Below, in pieces: positions 17,818 to 26,904 of a DNA stretch of 41,099 bases. The stretch covers positions 1 to 41,099 of IMG/VR virus record IMGVR_UViG_3300037311_000471, one strand, 5' to 3'. A program made the position numbers and the translations under genes. The stretch comes from a virus. Its lineage: Duplodnaviria > Caudoviricetes. Position 1 is the first letter of the stretch; each line of letters opens with the position of its first letter. The notes beneath the pieces are model-generated. The model did no database searches. It was not told the DNA's origin and saw only the letters and a list, made by a program, of their open reading frames with translations.

Positions 17818-17919
17818 CAAAGATACTACGTAATAACGTAATAACCAAATAATAAGATGATTTTTTTTATATAAAACGTAATATTTTTTTTGTTTTAACG
17901 TAAAAATATTTTAGCTTTG
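17818..17919. promoter_or_regulatory. Divergent promoters with four ACGTAA boxes
   Basis: Minus TATCTTTG at 17818-17825, plus TAGCTTTG at 17912-17919; ACGTAA at 17828, 17836, 17876 and 17898. Confidence 0.65.
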
Positions 17920-17940
17920 TGTAAATAATTAAATAAGCGT

Positions 17941-18159
17941 ATGAATATACTGAATAAGAGTGTGTTAGGGGTGCTTTACTATGGGCAGGAGTCCCCTGAA
18001 AAGTATGACATGGAAAGCTATAAGGACAGGCAGCTGGCAGAGCGCAATTTGCACAATAGCAAGCGGCTTGATGCGGCAAGTTTGCAAAAGGCTTATGAAG
18101 ATTACAAAAAATTGGTGGACATTGATTTTGAGGAATTTAAAAAAATGAAAGGACTATGA
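17941..18159 (+). CDS. Small hypothetical protein, possible regulator
   Basis: 72 aa, first gene after the promoter, ATGA overlap with the next gene. Confidence 0.65.
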   Translation: MNILNKSVLGVLYYGQESPEKYDMESYKDRQLAERNLHNSKRLDAASLQKAYEDYKKLVDIDFEEFKKMKGL

Positions 18160-18719
18160 AACTATTTAGTATTAACAAAATCTTAGTAAACTCTATCGTC
18201 TTTTTTGCTACGCCTGCGGGCTTGATTATCCTGACCTACGGCAATGGACTGGTGGAAGTGTTTGGCGTAGCGGTGCATTTTGCGGAGATGTTTTTGGGAC
18301 GCGTGGGCGAGTTCTCACAAATGGTTACGGGCAAGCAAACGGCAAATGTGCAACTCATAGGGCTGGCATTGGGCATCGGGCTGGTGTTTGCGAGTCTGAT
18401 GTACTTTTCTATTTTGGTAATGAAACTCTATGAGATGAAGCAAATGGCGAACTTTTTTAGCTTTCTTTTTGGGCTGATAGCTTGCTTGACGTATGGAAAG
18501 TTTGTTTCAAAACTGGACTTGGTGCATGGCGTGATTTATGGGGCAAGTGCTTTTTTTATTGTGCTGGTGAGTAGCATAGCGGGCAATGTGTTTAGCGGCA
18601 AACTTGCCACTATCATTATCAAAAGTCCTCAGTTTGTCAGTATGCAATCTAAAATCGTGGGCATGATAGGCATAGAAGAGCAAGGCACTACAAGGAAAAT
18701 GGGTAGGAGAACACGATAA
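18156..18719 (+). CDS. Polytopic membrane protein (about 4 TM)
   Basis: Several long hydrophobic segments. Confidence 0.75.
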   Translation: MKLFSINKILVNSIVFFATPAGLIILTYGNGLVEVFGVAVHFAEMFLGRVGEFSQMVTGKQTANVQLIGLALGIGLVFASLMYFSILVMKLYEMKQMANFFSFLFGLIACLTYGKFVSKLDLVHGVIYGASAFFIVLVSSIAGNVFSGKLATIIIKSPQFVSMQSKIVGMIGIEEQGTTRKMGRRTR

Positions 18720-18798
18720 AAATAAATTGTTGGTTGTTAGTGGTTAGCGATTTAACTACTAACAACCAACTACTAACAATCAACAAAAAATAATTCGT

Positions 18799-19497
18799 AT
18801 GAATATCAAATTTGAATTTGCAACAATCGGCGATGTGTTTGAATCTTCGTTCAAACTCGTATTACTTTCGGTAGCAGTTGCTATCGTGAATTATCTCATC
18901 GGTGATGAGAGCGGCATAGTCGTTATCTTGTCGCTTGGTATCTTTTTTGTGTCGCAGTTTATCCGCTTGCTTGGAATGGTGAGTCGGTACAAGGTCGCTT
19001 TGGAGGATTTGCAGTCCGCTTTGCCTTCGCTCGAGGTCGGTAGGGAGGAGATAGAGTCCGTTGAGAAACTCGCTGACTACATAGATGAATCGCTGGATAG
19101 CATAGAGGATAAGTACAAAGCGGACTTGGAAGCGGTGAAGGTAGGTTTGTTAGCTGAAAACACGCAACAAATAGATAAAATGAAGGCTTTGCAGCTGGAA
19201 TTGGCACAGCAGGATATTGATTTGGCACAGTCAAAAATGGAGCTAAAGAAGGCTTGGAGTGAAAAAACAAGGCTTGATAATGATAGGGTAGGAGAGATAC
19301 AGCAACTCAAAGCGGAGCTGGGCAGCGAGCGGGAGCGGGTGAAAAAGGCAGAGAGTTTACTACGTGAAATGGAAGGTTTTGAGGTATTTATTTCGGGAGA
19401 TAATGAGGCGATTAAGACAAAGTACCTTAGCATAATAGCTTCTAATAATGCCAAACAGCGAAATAAAGATAAGGATTTGGTTGAAGTTATGGGTTAA
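18799..19497 (+). CDS. Two-TM protein with a long coiled coil
   Basis: Two N-terminal hydrophobic helices then E/K/L/Q-rich heptads. Confidence 0.75.
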   Translation: MNIKFEFATIGDVFESSFKLVLLSVAVAIVNYLIGDESGIVVILSLGIFFVSQFIRLLGMVSRYKVALEDLQSALPSLEVGREEIESVEKLADYIDESLDSIEDKYKADLEAVKVGLLAENTQQIDKMKALQLELAQQDIDLAQSKMELKKAWSEKTRLDNDRVGEIQQLKAELGSERERVKKAESLLREMEGFEVFISGDNEAIKTKYLSIIASNNAKQRNKDKDLVEVMG

Positions 19498-19522
19498 AAG
19501 ATGTTTGTTAGTTGATGTTTGG

Positions 19523-19555
19523 AAAAGCCTATCTGCTGTGCGGGTAGGTTTTTTT
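19523..19555. terminator. Bidirectional terminator between the accessory operon and the packaging operon
   Basis: AAAAGCCTATCTGC...GCGGGTAGGTTTTTTT between convergent genes. Confidence 0.75.
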
Positions 19556-20144
19556 ATGTGATGGAGCTACCCAAGTCTTTGAAGGTGTCTTGTACTTCTT
19601 TCTGAATTAGCTTGTCAAGCTCATTTCCTATGCCCATAAACTGACGTTTTTTGATTTCGATAGGCGTTTTTTTGAGGGCAAGATTGCGCCAAGTGCGGGC
19701 ATCACGGGACCGCCCTACATTGCGGCTGTTGAGGTTGGTAGCTGTGCCAGCTTTGTTGGTCTTTATTTTCCCTCTGGCTTCATAGTATTTTGCCCAAAAG
19801 AAGCGGCGCATTTTGGGGGTGATGTCTATCTGCCCGCCTTCGTTGTGTATTTGTGCATAAGGCTTTTTGGTGGCAATAACAACGGTATCATTTGAGATAC
19901 TTCGTGTACGAATAGACCTGCGTAGCTTGCTGGACTTGATGAGTAGCCCTCGCCCTTGCCTATTCATAAACTCAGGATTTCGCTTTACCATAGCGTTACC
20001 GTTTATGTCTTTGCCTTCTGTGATGTTGTTTTGAAAGTGATTAGCGGCAATCACCCCTACATTGCGGAGTAGCTGTTTTTTCTTTGCCTTCAATTCTTTG
20101 CCCAATTTTTGTATATCTTTTGGCAAATCTATGATAGTTTTCAT
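19554..20144 (-). CDS. Virion morphogenesis protein (Mu gpG-like)
   Basis: 'LIKSSKLRRSI', 'PYAQIHNEGG' and 'IKKRQFMG' motifs. Confidence 0.85.
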   Translation of the reverse strand: MKTIIDLPKDIQKLGKELKAKKKQLLRNVGVIAANHFQNNITEGKDINGNAMVKRNPEFMNRQGRGLLIKSSKLRRSIRTRSISNDTVVIATKKPYAQIHNEGGQIDITPKMRRFFWAKYYEARGKIKTNKAGTATNLNSRNVGRSRDARTWRNLALKKTPIEIKKRQFMGIGNELDKLIQKEVQDTFKDLGSSIT

Positions 20145-20154
20145 TGTTGGGTTG

Positions 20155-20334
20155 TTATTGGTCTAAAAGTTTTTGTCTTCCTTTCGCTATTTCATTGTGC
20201 GCTTTATTATTCAAATCAGCTAAGGTTTTTTCAGAGGGCAATATGCCTTTGTCTATCATCTCTTTGATAGCCTTGTTTTTTTTCTTTAAAGCCTTTTCAA
20301 TGATAGGCTTTAATTGTTCCTGTGTGTATTTCAT
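20155..20334 (-). CDS. 59-aa protein coupled to the MuF fusion; candidate immunity partner (not in the ORF track)
   Basis: Hand-translated: MKYTQEQLKPIIEKALKKKNKAIKEMIDKGILPSEKTLADLNNKAHNEIAKGRQKLLDQ; ATGA overlap at 20331-20334. Confidence 0.7.
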   Translation of the reverse strand: MKYTQEQLKPIIEKALKKKNKAIKEMIDKGILPSEKTLADLNNKAHNEIAKGRQKLLDQ

Positions 20335-22676
20335 AGTTTTTCTTTTTTGATGCTTAAACCAAGTTTATTTAATAAATCTATTACTAAACCCTCATTAATA
20401 TACGTATTATATTCATTATCTGTTATTGTTGGGTTCAGATAATTTTCATAAGAAAAAAATTTTGATTCTATGTCCTTTTCCAATTCATACATCATTTTCT
20501 CAACTTCTGTTATGCTTGCACCCCAACCGTTTTCAGGTCTTATTAGCATTAGCACATAGTTATTAGGCAAAGCAACTCTAATTTGTGCTAAATTATTAGC
20601 CAGCGCAAAAGTAACATCTCCATTGTAGCTAAATGTAGATACAATAGTATGATTGTGTGTAACATAGCTATTTTCAAGTAATTTTTTTTCACTTTCAGAA
20701 AATACCACATTTCCTATATCTCCTGCCTTATATACCAGCTCATTGCTATATTTATCAAAAACGTAGCTATGCTCTACTTCTTTGTTTTTGATTTGATTTT
20801 CTACTTTTTTGAGGGTTTGATTTAGGAAATTTTCCCTTGTTTGCTCTGCGAGTTTGCTTACCTGTGCCTTGTCCGTATCCGTAAAGTAGGTATGCTTGTC
20901 TATGAAAGCCTTGCCGCTAATACCTGCATTATTGGCAAATAGGGGCTTATCGGGGTTTACTTTGGGGATTGCGCTTTTGGGTGTAGTAGGTGCATCACTC
21001 CTAAGTTGCTGCATGGTACAGCGACAACGGTAGCCAAGTGGGGGTGTGTGGCTACTCCAAAAGGCATCAGTAATTGGCAAAGTAACCCCATTCAATGCCC
21101 TATGGTTTGGGCGTACATGGTCATCAGAGGCAGTTACGTATTTGAGCAGGGGAAACTCATCAGCATTTGCTTCAAAGTCCAGCCACTGGCGAGCCATCTG
21201 TGCAGAGGCTGCAAAGTGTTCTTTTTCTACCTCTAAGTAGCCTTCGTACTTTGCCAAGACTACTTTACGGGAGTCAGGTTCTAAGCCACTTAGCTTGCTT
21301 TTGAGGTACTCATACCTTGCAGAGGCAAATTCAAAGGCATTGACTTGCAAGCCTGTGCGAATTTTGTACTCATTTTTCAAAGAAAAATCAATGCTTATAT
21401 TGTCACTTACTTCTTTGTAAAATGCCTCTGCAAAGTAGGGCAGTAGCTCCTCATAGTTACCAGAAAGGATACTTTTCTTTTGGCTGGGAGTTAGTGTAGT
21501 TTGCCATTTTTTTTTTAGCCCCGACTCTTTTGGATTCTTAGTTGCTGGTGGTGGTGGCTCTTGTGGTTTTACCTTTGCCAAAGGCACATTGTATTTTGAA
21601 GCAAAATAATCGGGGTCAATAGGCACTACAGCATTTAGCTTGATGTCCATGTCCAATTGAGTTTGAATATCAATATTTTCTGTTTTGTCAAACTCAAAAT
21701 ACCCATCTGCTACCTTGTAACCATGCTTTACTAAGAGAGGTTTTATTTTGTGGTTTAGGATAGCTTCTACCCAAAGCCTATCCTCCAAATGTATATCCTC
21801 CTCAACTGACTCGTGTACCTCAGCTTGACTTCTTGAGCTGCCATCAGTGGTGGTCATAGTCTGTCCAAGTATCAAAATAGCGAGTTCCTCATTCATGGCA
21901 AGGCGCATAGCTTCATAGACTCCGCCTGTTTGCGAGCCTTCCACCCCTTTGTGTAGCTTTAAGCCTGTACCCTCTGGAACTACTAAATAAGAGGCAGAGC
22001 CAGCCTCTTTTGCGGCTTTTTCTGCTTCCTTTCGTGCATCAGGGTTGTTAGGATTATACTGGTACTCTCTGATAGGCATTCCGAAAAGTTCAGCAAATTG
22101 CGCCCAATCTGCTATTGCACCTCTTTTGTATAGCACTAAGGGAGCGGCTTCTAACAATAGCCCTAATCTATCCTCAGCATGAATATCTACAATAAACTTA
22201 CTGTAAGGCTCTTGGAGGTAGGATATGCCTTTGATACTGCCCATTTGCACCAAGATTTCCCGCCTATCCGCATTGATGTTTTGGCGGGGAAGCAGGAAAA
22301 TATCCGTAATTCCTTTTTCGGTTACATAAAATTCCACTACGGAAAATCCCCAAAATTTTGCTTCCATGATTTGGGTAAGTAGGCTGCTAAACCAAGGGAT
22401 TTCAAAAATGGCAGTAGTTTCTATGTTTACCTGCCCATCAAAATCATGGTAGAGGCAGGGCGTGTTTTTGATGGAGCGAATACGCTTATCTTTCAAGGAT
22501 TTCAAACGTGAATCTTTGATGATGTTTTTATACAATTCTACCAATCGCTGTCTATTAGGGCGAGTTACTAAGTCTGCATTCATCACCGCCTCTTTCCAAG
22601 TGGCGATGTCCTCTTGTATCATTCTTAGCTGACCTATCGTGATTTGCGTGCCAGCTACTTGTATTTTGTTTTCCAT
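20331..22676 (-). CDS. Fusion of DUF935-type portal, MuF head morphogenesis domain and C-terminal JAB-like domain
   Basis: Portal 'WAQFAELFGMP..ILGQTMTT.DGSSRSQAEVH'; MuF 'LKYVTASDDHVRPNHRALNG..FW..HTPPLGYRCRC'; C-terminal 'E..THNH..FS...D'. Likely start at 22676 (MENKIQ). Confidence 0.88.
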   Translation of the reverse strand: MENKIQVAGTQITIGQLRMIQEDIATWKEAVMNADLVTRPNRQRLVELYKNIIKDSRLKSLKDKRIRSIKNTPCLYHDFDGQVNIETTAIFEIPWFSSLLTQIMEAKFWGFSVVEFYVTEKGITDIFLLPRQNINADRREILVQMGSIKGISYLQEPYSKFIVDIHAEDRLGLLLEAAPLVLYKRGAIADWAQFAELFGMPIREYQYNPNNPDARKEAEKAAKEAGSASYLVVPEGTGLKLHKGVEGSQTGGVYEAMRLAMNEELAILILGQTMTTTDGSSRSQAEVHESVEEDIHLEDRLWVEAILNHKIKPLLVKHGYKVADGYFEFDKTENIDIQTQLDMDIKLNAVVPIDPDYFASKYNVPLAKVKPQEPPPPATKNPKESGLKKKWQTTLTPSQKKSILSGNYEELLPYFAEAFYKEVSDNISIDFSLKNEYKIRTGLQVNAFEFASARYEYLKSKLSGLEPDSRKVVLAKYEGYLEVEKEHFAASAQMARQWLDFEANADEFPLLKYVTASDDHVRPNHRALNGVTLPITDAFWSSHTPPLGYRCRCTMQQLRSDAPTTPKSAIPKVNPDKPLFANNAGISGKAFIDKHTYFTDTDKAQVSKLAEQTRENFLNQTLKKVENQIKNKEVEHSYVFDKYSNELVYKAGDIGNVVFSESEKKLLENSYVTHNHTIVSTFSYNGDVTFALANNLAQIRVALPNNYVLMLIRPENGWGASITEVEKMMYELEKDIESKFFSYENYLNPTITDNEYNTYINEGLVIDLLNKLGLSIKKEKL

Positions 22677-22684
22677 GTTTTTTG

Positions 22685-22733
22685 CCTCCCCCCTGCCCCC
22701 TCCAATGTGCATTGCGCCTACTGAGGGGGAGAG
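22685..22733. repeat. C-rich/G-rich REP-like palindrome upstream of the portal start
   Basis: CCTCCCCCCTGCCCCCTCC...GAGGGGGAGAG. Confidence 0.5.
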
Positions 22734-22743
22734 TAATTTTTTT

Positions 22744-23169
22744 TTAATAATATAAGTTTCGTTTTGGGTTACTGCCATAAGCAATGATGTTGATAGCATT
22801 GCCTTCTGTATCTTCCAGTAGCGGCAGGTCAGGGCTTATTTCTCCCTTTGCTACTGATTTGAGCCAGCTAATCGCCGCTTCGTATCTGATACCTCTCAGG
22901 TCAGGGACTTTGTTAGGATTAATACGACTGTGCAAATGATATAAAACCATGTCTATCATATACATCACTATCAGTTCATTGCGGGCTGTGCCTGTCTTGT
23001 TAAAGATATTTACTACATCATACCTTGCACGTAGGTAGCTTTCCATTTCGCTTTGCGTAGCTAATTCAGCACTGGCAAGGGTAGTATTTCCTGAAATTGC
23101 ACCTCCAAGAACGCTTTGAAGTATAGCATCTTGGATTTGTGGTTTGTAATCATTTGTGGTTAAAAACAT
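22744..23169 (-). CDS. Mu gp36 / DUF1320-like head-tail adaptor
   Basis: 'A.SEMESYLRARYD', 'DMVLYHL' and 'RYEAAISWLKSVAKG'. Confidence 0.85.
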   Translation of the reverse strand: MFLTTNDYKPQIQDAILQSVLGGAISGNTTLASAELATQSEMESYLRARYDVVNIFNKTGTARNELIVMYMIDMVLYHLHSRINPNKVPDLRGIRYEAAISWLKSVAKGEISPDLPLLEDTEGNAINIIAYGSNPKRNLYY

Positions 23170-23251
23170 AGTTTTACTAATTATGAATTATAAATTATTA
23201 ATTATGAATGAATTAAAATTTATAATTCATAATTAATAACTCATCACTAAG

Positions 23252-24793
23252 TTAAATTCTTTTATTATTCTTAGCCCTCTGCCCTATCAAAGCGGGGTCA
23301 GAGGTGATTATTCTTTGTTTCAAAATGTAAAGACCGCCTTCCACCGCATCGCACCCATCTTTGGCAATGCCTGTTTGCCCTTGTTTGAATAGGGTAAATT
23401 GGTCTTTAAGTTTGATGGTATGGTGATTATCTTTTTCATTTTCATTGAAATAAAATTGCCCTCTTTCAAAGTAGCCACTGATGGCTGTAATCCTTGCATC
23501 TTTGTCAGGCTTTTTCCTCAAATCGCCTTTTATGGGCAGGGTATAGCCTTTGGATTTTCCAAAATCTGCAAAGTCTTTATAGAGCAAACTTTGTAAAAAA
23601 ACCTCCTCCATATAAAACTCACAGACTTGGTTATGTTGTTTGAGCCATGCCTCTAAGTCATAGTGCCATTCTATCATTTCATTGACCGTACCTATCGCAC
23701 AGTAGCATTTTAGTAGGTGAAACTCATTGCCTTTTGCACCTAAAAGCACTAAGGCTTTATGGTCAGCAGTTTTTTTACTGCTAAACGAAGGGTCAAGGTA
23801 GGCGACTAAGTGCCTGTAGTCTTGCGGATTCATGGGTTTATCTCTAATCCATTCCGCCTTGAATACAGTGCCTTGCGTTTGTGGATTGTTAAAATACTCA
23901 CGCTGGGCGAGCATAGTCCCCATTTTCTCAATCATGGCTTGGCATTGGTCTTTGGTATAGCGTTCTATCCATGAGGGTTCACCCCTATCGTCATAAATAT
24001 TGATTTGCTCATGACTATCCGCTATTTTGGAGGCTCTCTCTATAATACAGTCCACTGCTATTTTGTTGTTTACAAATACCATTCTCCCGCCATGCTCTAT
24101 GGACATGGTAGGGTAGAGCGCGCCCATTACCCACTCCCACGCAAAGTCTAAGCGGGCTTTGTTCCTACACACTTCGTCATCATCGGCATCATCAAGGCAT
24201 ATACTATCTACTCTTTCAGTATCATTTTGAGAACCACGAGGGTTTTGCCCCATGCCAAGACTGCGAAAGGAGATATTGTTAATTGTTGATTGTTGGTTGT
24301 TATCCTGTTTGATAGCTACTACAAACTCTGAATCAGTCCATTTGTTAGTGAGGGTTTGGAACTCTCCAAAATCGCTAATGAGCAAGTGATTAGATTCAAA
24401 GTTTTTGCGTATAGGGGCAAGCAAGCGAGTGGCGTTATCTTCTGTCCTACTTACGTGCAAGTGATTTTTAATCAGTCCCTTGATAGCGGCATAGATGAGG
24501 AGCATGACCATAAAGGTACTTTTCCCATGCTCACGGGCAAAGGCTCTGCTCATAATGATACGCTTGTTACCTATGAAATCCTGTGCTAATCGCCTGTGGA
24601 AGGGTGCAAAGTCAGCACTGGTATATTTGGGGAAGTAGTACCTCATAAATGCTTCCCAATTGTGAAGCAAGTAAGCTATTCTATCTGCTTTTTGTGCGGG
24701 GTTTTCAGTCTTTTGCCCTTTTTTGAGCCTTTGAAAATCTTGTGTAAAAGCCCTAAACCCTTCATATCTTTCTGTTAAGTCTTTCTTTACCAT
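23252..24793 (-). CDS. terL: Terminase large subunit
   Basis: 'AREHGKST' P-loop, 'ICLDD', 'QREYFNNP', nuclease 'YLDPS..D' and 'DGCDAVEG'. Confidence 0.9.
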   Translation of the reverse strand: MVKKDLTERYEGFRAFTQDFQRLKKGQKTENPAQKADRIAYLLHNWEAFMRYYFPKYTSADFAPFHRRLAQDFIGNKRIIMSRAFAREHGKSTFMVMLLIYAAIKGLIKNHLHVSRTEDNATRLLAPIRKNFESNHLLISDFGEFQTLTNKWTDSEFVVAIKQDNNQQSTINNISFRSLGMGQNPRGSQNDTERVDSICLDDADDDEVCRNKARLDFAWEWVMGALYPTMSIEHGGRMVFVNNKIAVDCIIERASKIADSHEQINIYDDRGEPSWIERYTKDQCQAMIEKMGTMLAQREYFNNPQTQGTVFKAEWIRDKPMNPQDYRHLVAYLDPSFSSKKTADHKALVLLGAKGNEFHLLKCYCAIGTVNEMIEWHYDLEAWLKQHNQVCEFYMEEVFLQSLLYKDFADFGKSKGYTLPIKGDLRKKPDKDARITAISGYFERGQFYFNENEKDNHHTIKLKDQFTLFKQGQTGIAKDGCDAVEGGLYILKQRIITSDPALIGQRAKNNKRI

Positions 24794-24843
24794 ATATTTA
24801 TATATTCTTACTGTTAAAATGGTAAGCTATTGAAAATTAAACT

Positions 24844-25269
24844 TTATTTTCCGATTAACTTTTTCATTTTTTCAGAGATGTACTCAAATTGCAGCTTGTT
24901 GAAACTTTGAGCGAGGTCTAAGTCTTTTTCTGCCAGCCATTTGGCAAATCCTATGAAGCCATCCATGAGGATAGAAATTTTTACTTCCTCTTTTGGGCGT
25001 ATGGTGTTTAGAAACCTTGTGTATTCTCTGATTTGCTTGACATTGAAGCCTCCCTGTGCCTGTAGTTTTTCTATTTCACGCATGGCATTGGTATAGATGC
25101 TTTGCTCTGTGGCGGTGATGGATAGCTTTAACTCTGCCCAGTGGTCGTCTTGCTTCCACTTGGTGAGCGCCTGCTCACTGACCCCTACCATTTCAGCAAT
25201 TTCTTTTTGGGAAAGTGCGGTGTTCATAAATAGCTCTTTGGCTATCTGCTTTTTTTCCTTGATTGTCAT
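24844..25269 (-). CDS. terS: Terminase small subunit (HTH, DUF1804-like)
   Basis: 'AKELFM..LSQKEIAEMVGVSEQALTKWKQDDHW'; directly upstream of TerL; likely start at 25269. Confidence 0.8.
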   Translation of the reverse strand: MTIKEKKQIAKELFMNTALSQKEIAEMVGVSEQALTKWKQDDHWAELKLSITATEQSIYTNAMREIEKLQAQGGFNVKQIREYTRFLNTIRPKEEVKISILMDGFIGFAKWLAEKDLDLAQSFNKLQFEYISEKMKKLIGK

Positions 25270-25375
25270 ACCTCTCTCGCCTCTTTTTTTCACTAAACCA
25301 CTGGCAGGGTCTGCGACCACTGACAGGGTTAAAGTAAAACCTTTTAAAATACTTTTAAAACCTTTTAAAATCGCT

Positions 25376-25615
25376 TCAAACTAAGAGGCTGTATAATTCC
25401 TTCATGCGCTCCTCATTGGCTTTTTTAAGAGCGATTTTATCGGCAACAAGTTTAAGGAGTGCGGCGGCTACTTTTTCATTTTGCGTGATGCCCCATGCTA
25501 CGTTATAAACTGTCCTTTCCGATACGTCATCAAGTTCGTTTACTACAGCCTTCGCATAGCCCCTTGGCAAATGCTCTCTTAGATTTTCAAAAGTAAAATT
25601 AATAGTATTCTCCAT
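25376..25615 (-). CDS. Small HTH protein heading the packaging operon; possible late regulator
   Basis: 'LPRGYAKAVVNELDDVSERTVYNVAWG'. Confidence 0.65.
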   Translation of the reverse strand: MENTINFTFENLREHLPRGYAKAVVNELDDVSERTVYNVAWGITQNEKVAAALLKLVADKIALKKANEERMKELYSLLV

Positions 25616-25874
25616 ATTCCAACGCCCTCATGGTAAGTAGTGGTAATTAAAATCAATAAATATGAATTTATAGCAAATATACGTAAGAAGGGGTGAAAAA
25701 GTAGTAAAAAGTTCCTTCCAATTTTGTATTCGCAATGAAACAATAAAAAACTGAGGCGGTGAGGGTGTGGTAGTGTAGTGTGTGTGGTACAATTTCACTT
25801 AGCTTTTGAAGCAAATGCAAGCACCCCACTCAGTTTTTTTTAGAGGTGAGAAATGAGAGGTAAAAATGTAAAAT
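25616..25874. promoter_or_regulatory. Divergent late control region
   Basis: Lies between divergent packaging and capsid operons; minus TATATTTG at about 25674-25681; leader motif at 25744-25784; related CACCCCACTCAGTTTTTTTT on plus at about 25823-25841. Confidence 0.6.
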
Positions 25875-26813
25875 GTGAAATTTATGCCAATGATTTTTGT
25901 CATCAACGACAGTACGCAGGTCAATGAATATGGGTTTTATGTGGAAAACGGAGGAATACTCTTAGCAGAGTTCTTAGAAAATCCTGTATGCTTGTATGAG
26001 CATAATGTAGATGATGCAATTCCAGCGATAGGCACTTGGGGAAATTTTAGGGTAGAAGGAAACCAGTTGCTTGCCGAACTTACTTTTGATAGTGCGGATA
26101 ACTTTGCCTTAGAGCTACAAAGAAAGTATCAAGCAGGTATCATGCGAGCCTGTAGCAAGGCTTTTGTGATAGAAGATTTTGAGTTGATAGACGTAGAGGG
26201 AAGGCTTATTCCCAAAGTTACTAAGTGCAGACTGAAAGAAATCTCCTTAGTCAATGTAGGTGCTCATCCCAAGTCTTTGAAAGTAAAACTAAGTATGCCT
26301 AATGCCAGCCTTGCCAAAGGTGATGTGGTCAAAATGGGATACAGTATCAGTGAAACTAATGCCCCGCAAGGGGTTTCAAATAATTCTAATTCAATAAAGA
26401 TGAAAAAAGTGTTTATCGCTCTTGGACTTGCAGAAAGTGCCACAGAGGAGCAAGCGGAGTCAGCACTGAATAAGCTGATTGCTGAAAGGTCAGACTTGCA
26501 AAAGTCCTTTGACGAGTTCAAAGCAAAGGTGCAAGCGGAAAAGGTAGATAACCTCATTACTGAGGGTATCAAGTCCAAAAAAATCACAGCCTCAGAAGGG
26601 GAAAAGTTCAAGAAATTGGCACTTGCAGACTTTGACGCTGTGAAGGACATCATAGATGCGAAGGAAGCCTATAAGCCCATGAAGGAGCAAATAGAGGAGG
26701 CGAATGCAAAGGGAGCTACCACTGAGGAAGGCAAAAAGGAAAGACCAAAAGAGTTTGTAGCAAGTGGTAAGACAATGCAAGAGCGCATAGCTAAAGAGCT
26801 TGCGAAGCAGTAA
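25875..26813 (+). CDS. Prohead protease with C-terminal scaffold region
   Basis: 'FLENPVCLYEH..IGTW..L.A..FD..G.MRACS..LKEISLVNVGA.P'; helical charged C-terminus. Confidence 0.87.
   Translation: MKFMPMIFVINDSTQVNEYGFYVENGGILLAEFLENPVCLYEHNVDDAIPAIGTWGNFRVEGNQLLAELTFDSADNFALELQRKYQAGIMRACSKAFVIEDFELIDVEGRLIPKVTKCRLKEISLVNVGAHPKSLKVKLSMPNASLAKGDVVKMGYSISETNAPQGVSNNSNSIKMKKVFIALGLAESATEEQAESALNKLIAERSDLQKSFDEFKAKVQAEKVDNLITEGIKSKKITASEGEKFKKLALADFDAVKDIIDAKEAYKPMKEQIEEANAKGATTEEGKKERPKEFVASGKTMQERIAKELAKQ
26400..26813 (+). CDS. Probable nested in-frame scaffolding protein (Mu gpZ-like)
   Basis: Internal ATG at 26400 (MKKVFIALGLAESATEEQ) preceded by an AT-rich tract and a CCCC-GCAA-GGGG hairpin. 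Confidence 0.55.
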   Translation: MKKVFIALGLAESATEEQAESALNKLIAERSDLQKSFDEFKAKVQAEKVDNLITEGIKSKKITASEGEKFKKLALADFDAVKDIIDAKEAYKPMKEQIEEANAKGATTEEGKKERPKEFVASGKTMQERIAKELAKQ

Positions 26814-26904
26814 TAATTATGAGTTATAAGTTATGAATTGTAATTCTATGGCTTATAAACTTCATTCATAATTTATCATTTACAATTTATAATTTTTTAA
26901 AAAT

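Noticed and set aside
22677-22799. N-terminal extension of the portal ORF given in the ORF track
   Set aside because: It overlaps the gp36-like gene and runs through a REP-like palindrome; the ATG at 22676 is more plausible
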